64,000 bases of DNA from Felis catus (lineage: Eukaryota), in assembly GCF_018350175.1 (NCBI RefSeq), contig NC_058368.1, positions 27,840,001 to 27,904,000 on the forward strand, given 5' to 3'. Of this stretch, positions 61,183 to 64,000 are shown piece after piece. A program made the translations under genes and the position numbers. The notes below the pieces were generated by a model. That model was not told where the DNA came from and searched no databases. It worked only from the letters and a program-made list of their open reading frames with translations. Within the stretch, counting starts at the first letter, position 1. Each line of letters opens with the position of its first letter.

Positions 61183-62235
61183 TCAATTCATTCATTTATT
61201 CATTGAACAAATATTTTTTGAGTGCCCACGACCTACCACACATTAGTTTAGGCACTAGGGATTCAATAGTGAACAAACTAAACACAAATTCCTGCCCTTG
61301 TGGAGTCTACTGGAGAAGATAGACAAGCTAAGTAGGTAAATATATATAATATAATGAAGAAAGAAAACAATATAGCAGTGAGGAGAGATATGAACTGTTG
61401 TGGGTAGAGAGTTGGAATTTTAGAGAGTGTTCAGTTAAGGCCTTTTTGAGAAGATAATATTTGAGCAAAGACTTAAAGGAAGCAGGAGCTCCAGTCTTGT
61501 CTCTGTCTGGGAGAAGAACATTCAAGGCAGAGGGAAGAACATTCAAGGCAGAGGGAACAGGAACAGGAACAGGGTGAACAAAGGCTCTGAGAAACAGCAA
61601 GGAAGCCAGTGTGGCTGGAGTGGAGTGAACAAGGGGAATAGCGGTAGAAGACAATGTTCAGGAGGAAAAGGTGGCAGATTACGTAGTTCTTCTAGGTCTT
61701 CTGGTACAGAGTTAGGCTTTAACACTGGGTGAGTTGGAAAGGTATTGAAATTTTGAGCAGAGAAGGGACAGAATTTCACATTTTAACATCCTCAAACTAT
61801 CGAGTATAGACTGAGGGAGATAAAGGCAGACACAGGGGTTCTTGCCGTTATCTAGGCAAGAGAAAATGGTGGCTTGGATGATGCTGGCAGGGATGAAGTG
61901 GTTGAATTCTGGGAGCATTTTGAAAGTAGAGCCAATGGGATCAGATGTAGCATGTGAGCATAAAAGAATCAAGGATGACTCCATTGTTCTGTTCTTGAGC
62001 AATGGATATATTAAATGCGAAAAATCTGTGAAAGGTCCACAAGGAGATAGTAAGTAGAGAGTTGCATATGGGGTTCTGGAATTCATAGGAGAAGTCCAGA
62101 CTGGGTTATAAATTTAGAGGTTGTCAACATTTACAGATGATGTTTAAGGATAGGTGCCCAAGTCAAATCACTTAGGGAGTAAGAGAAGATAGAGATGTGG
62201 GGCAAGAATGAAATCCTGGGTCATGCCAACCTTAT
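61183..62235 (-). mobile_element. ~1-kb L2a fragment
   Basis: ttcattcatttattcattgaacaaatattttttgagtgcc...ttcaaggcagagggaacag...gccagtgtggctggag...aatcaaggatgactcc...ataaatttagaggttgtcaacat. Confidence 0.9.
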
Positions 62236-62681
62236 AAAAAGGCTGAAATCAACATTCTTATACGTATTCTTTGCATCTACATGACGTCATTTCTTCAAGA
62301 TTTTTCTGTTGATGGCTCAAAGGACATTTTTTTCTTTTTTAAATTTGGTGGTTGCGCATAAACTGGCCTCTGTATCAATCTGTATTCTCAGTTGGAAGCA
62401 ACAGAAGACCAGACAGCCTTCAGCAAATAGTTTTCTAATGCATTTCCTTCCACTAAGGAAGTGTTGGGGTCAGTACTGACTAGAGGCTGGCATAGTGGGC
62501 TTCAAAAATGAATGAAAACCAAAGAAATTCTATGGGCTGGGCAGCAAGAGAGATTTCATCAAGATGGTGCCAGAGCCACTGTCGACCTTGCAGACAGATG
62601 TGCCGAAGGTGGCTTTGACTGTCGCACCATTGGCACTGCTGCTGCCATCACTGAATGAAATTGAACCTGGCCACTGTAAAT

Positions 62682-62900
62682 CAGAAGTCAGCAACTCCGG
62701 TCCCTTGGTCAAATCCAGCTGTCTGAGTGTTTTCATAAGTAAGGTTTTACTGGAATAAGCGCCATCTACTTATTTACATATTGCTTATGGCTGCTTTCAT
62801 CCTACAGTGGCAGAGTTGAGTCATAGCAATTGAAAATCTTTGGAACACTAAGCCACAGTTACTTACTATCTGGCCCTTGGCAGAAGGTTGCTGACCTGTG
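62682..62900. mobile_element. MER58A-like hAT MITE
   Basis: cagaagtcagcaact...aaggttttactggaa...tatttacatattgcttatggctgctttc..ctacagtggcagagttgagt...tactatctggccctt..cagaaggttgctgacc. Confidence 0.88.
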
Positions 62901-62921
62901 CGGTAAGTGAAGTTCAGCGGT

Positions 62922-63252
62922 CTGTATTAGTTTGCTGTGGCTGCCATAACAAGGTATCACAGACTGGGTGGCTTAGCAAATTTATTTTCTCCCAGTTCTG
63001 GGGGTTAGAAGTCCAAGATCTAGGTGTCAACAAGAGTGTGTTTTCTGAGGCTTCTCTCTTTGACTTGTAGATGGCTGCCGTCTCACTATGTACTCACATG
63101 ATCCTTCCTCTACGTATGTCTGCGTCCTAATTTTCTCTTCTTAGAAGGACACTATTTATATTCGATTATGAACCACTTCCAATGACCTCTTTTTAACTTA
63201 ACTACCTCTTTAAAGACCCTACCTCCCAATGTGGTTACATTCTGAGGTACTA
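62922..63252 (-). mobile_element. MaLR LTR (MLT1A/B-like)
   Basis: tgtattagtttgctgtggctgccataacaaggtatcacagactgggtggctta...ttaacttaactacctctttaaagacccta..cattctgaggtact. Confidence 0.88.
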
Positions 63253-63254
63253 TT

Positions 63255-63870
63255 GTGGCAAGCACTTTGTTTCAAAACTTTTTGGCTACTTCTTGATTCC
63301 CCACTCAAATGGATATTCGGGCGTTCATATTAAATTCTGTTTGTAATACTGTCTGAGGTTTTTATTAGGATTGCATTGAATATACAGAATAATTTGGGAG
63401 GAATAGGTGCCGTCATCATATTGAATTGTCTCTGTGAGGAGCACTGTATGTCTCTTAATCAAGAATTCTTTTATATCTTTTAGTAAGGTTTTATCTTTTT
63501 TAATATGGGTTTATATACTTTTTGTATATGTTCATTTCTGAGTATTTTACAGTACCTGTGGCTATTATGTGTGTGATATTTCCATTTCATTTTCTAATTA
63601 GTTGTTGCTTCTATATGGGAAAACTACTGATTTTTGTAGGTTTATCTTTCATTTGGATACTCTACTGACTTTCTGACTTCTAATTAAGCTGTCGGTTTTC
63701 TAGTTGAAAATAATATTAACTGCAAATAAGACAGTTTAGTCTCTTCATTACACACACATACTCACATACTTATATATCACATGTACATAAATATGAAGAT
63801 GAGAGGTACAAAAGGAAAGAAAGAACTTATTTCTTTTTATCTTTTTGCATTGACTTGGGCTGTGTAATAT
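63255..63870 (-). mobile_element. Very old L1 ORF2 fragment
   Basis: aggattgcattgaatatacagaataatttgggaggaat...actactgatttttgtaggtttatctt...ctgcaaataagacagttt. Confidence 0.75.
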
Positions 63871-64000
63871 TAATTTTTTCCATTGTGGAAAAATACATGT
63901 TGTCTCCAAATAGTCTTGTATCTTTCTTCCCTTTCATACTTCAGAGAAATAAAGACAGGGAGGAACAAATATAAAAACATGAAATGCCTACCTTTGAGCA

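Noticed and set aside
1..64000. CRISPR array or prokaryotic-type system
   Set aside because: Mammalian DNA with no regularly spaced repeat-spacer structure and no operon-like ORFs.

Overview
Mammalian genomic DNA, almost certainly from a felid. It carries about 17 tRNA-derived CanSINEs, five of them young SINEC_Fc-type copies, plus carnivore/felid L1s. The window appears entirely non-coding and is dominated by transposable elements. These are two near-full-length but decayed L1s (about 3.8-10.8 kb and 34.2-40.9 kb, both minus), many older L1/L2/MIR pieces, MaLR and ERVL solo LTRs, a near-full-length fossil hAT-Blackjack transposon, a Charlie1 fragment, an ancient CR1/L3 fragment and a 40-unit (CCCTCT)n tract. 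I could not support any host protein-coding exon, RNA gene or CRISPR array. The supplied ORFs are L1, SINE, microsatellite or chance ORFs. The strong minus-strand bias of L1s, LTRs and SINEs suggests an intron of a large + strand gene (inference). I found no convincing new biological system. The most interesting signals are structural: a fold-back palindrome with an adjacent ~110-bp locally templated insertion at 45.4-45.65 kb, a three-tier nested L1 with a 5' inversion and probable 3' transduction, and an SVA-like hexamer expansion. Family names come from my recall of consensus sequences rather than a search, and boundaries of old repeats are approximate.
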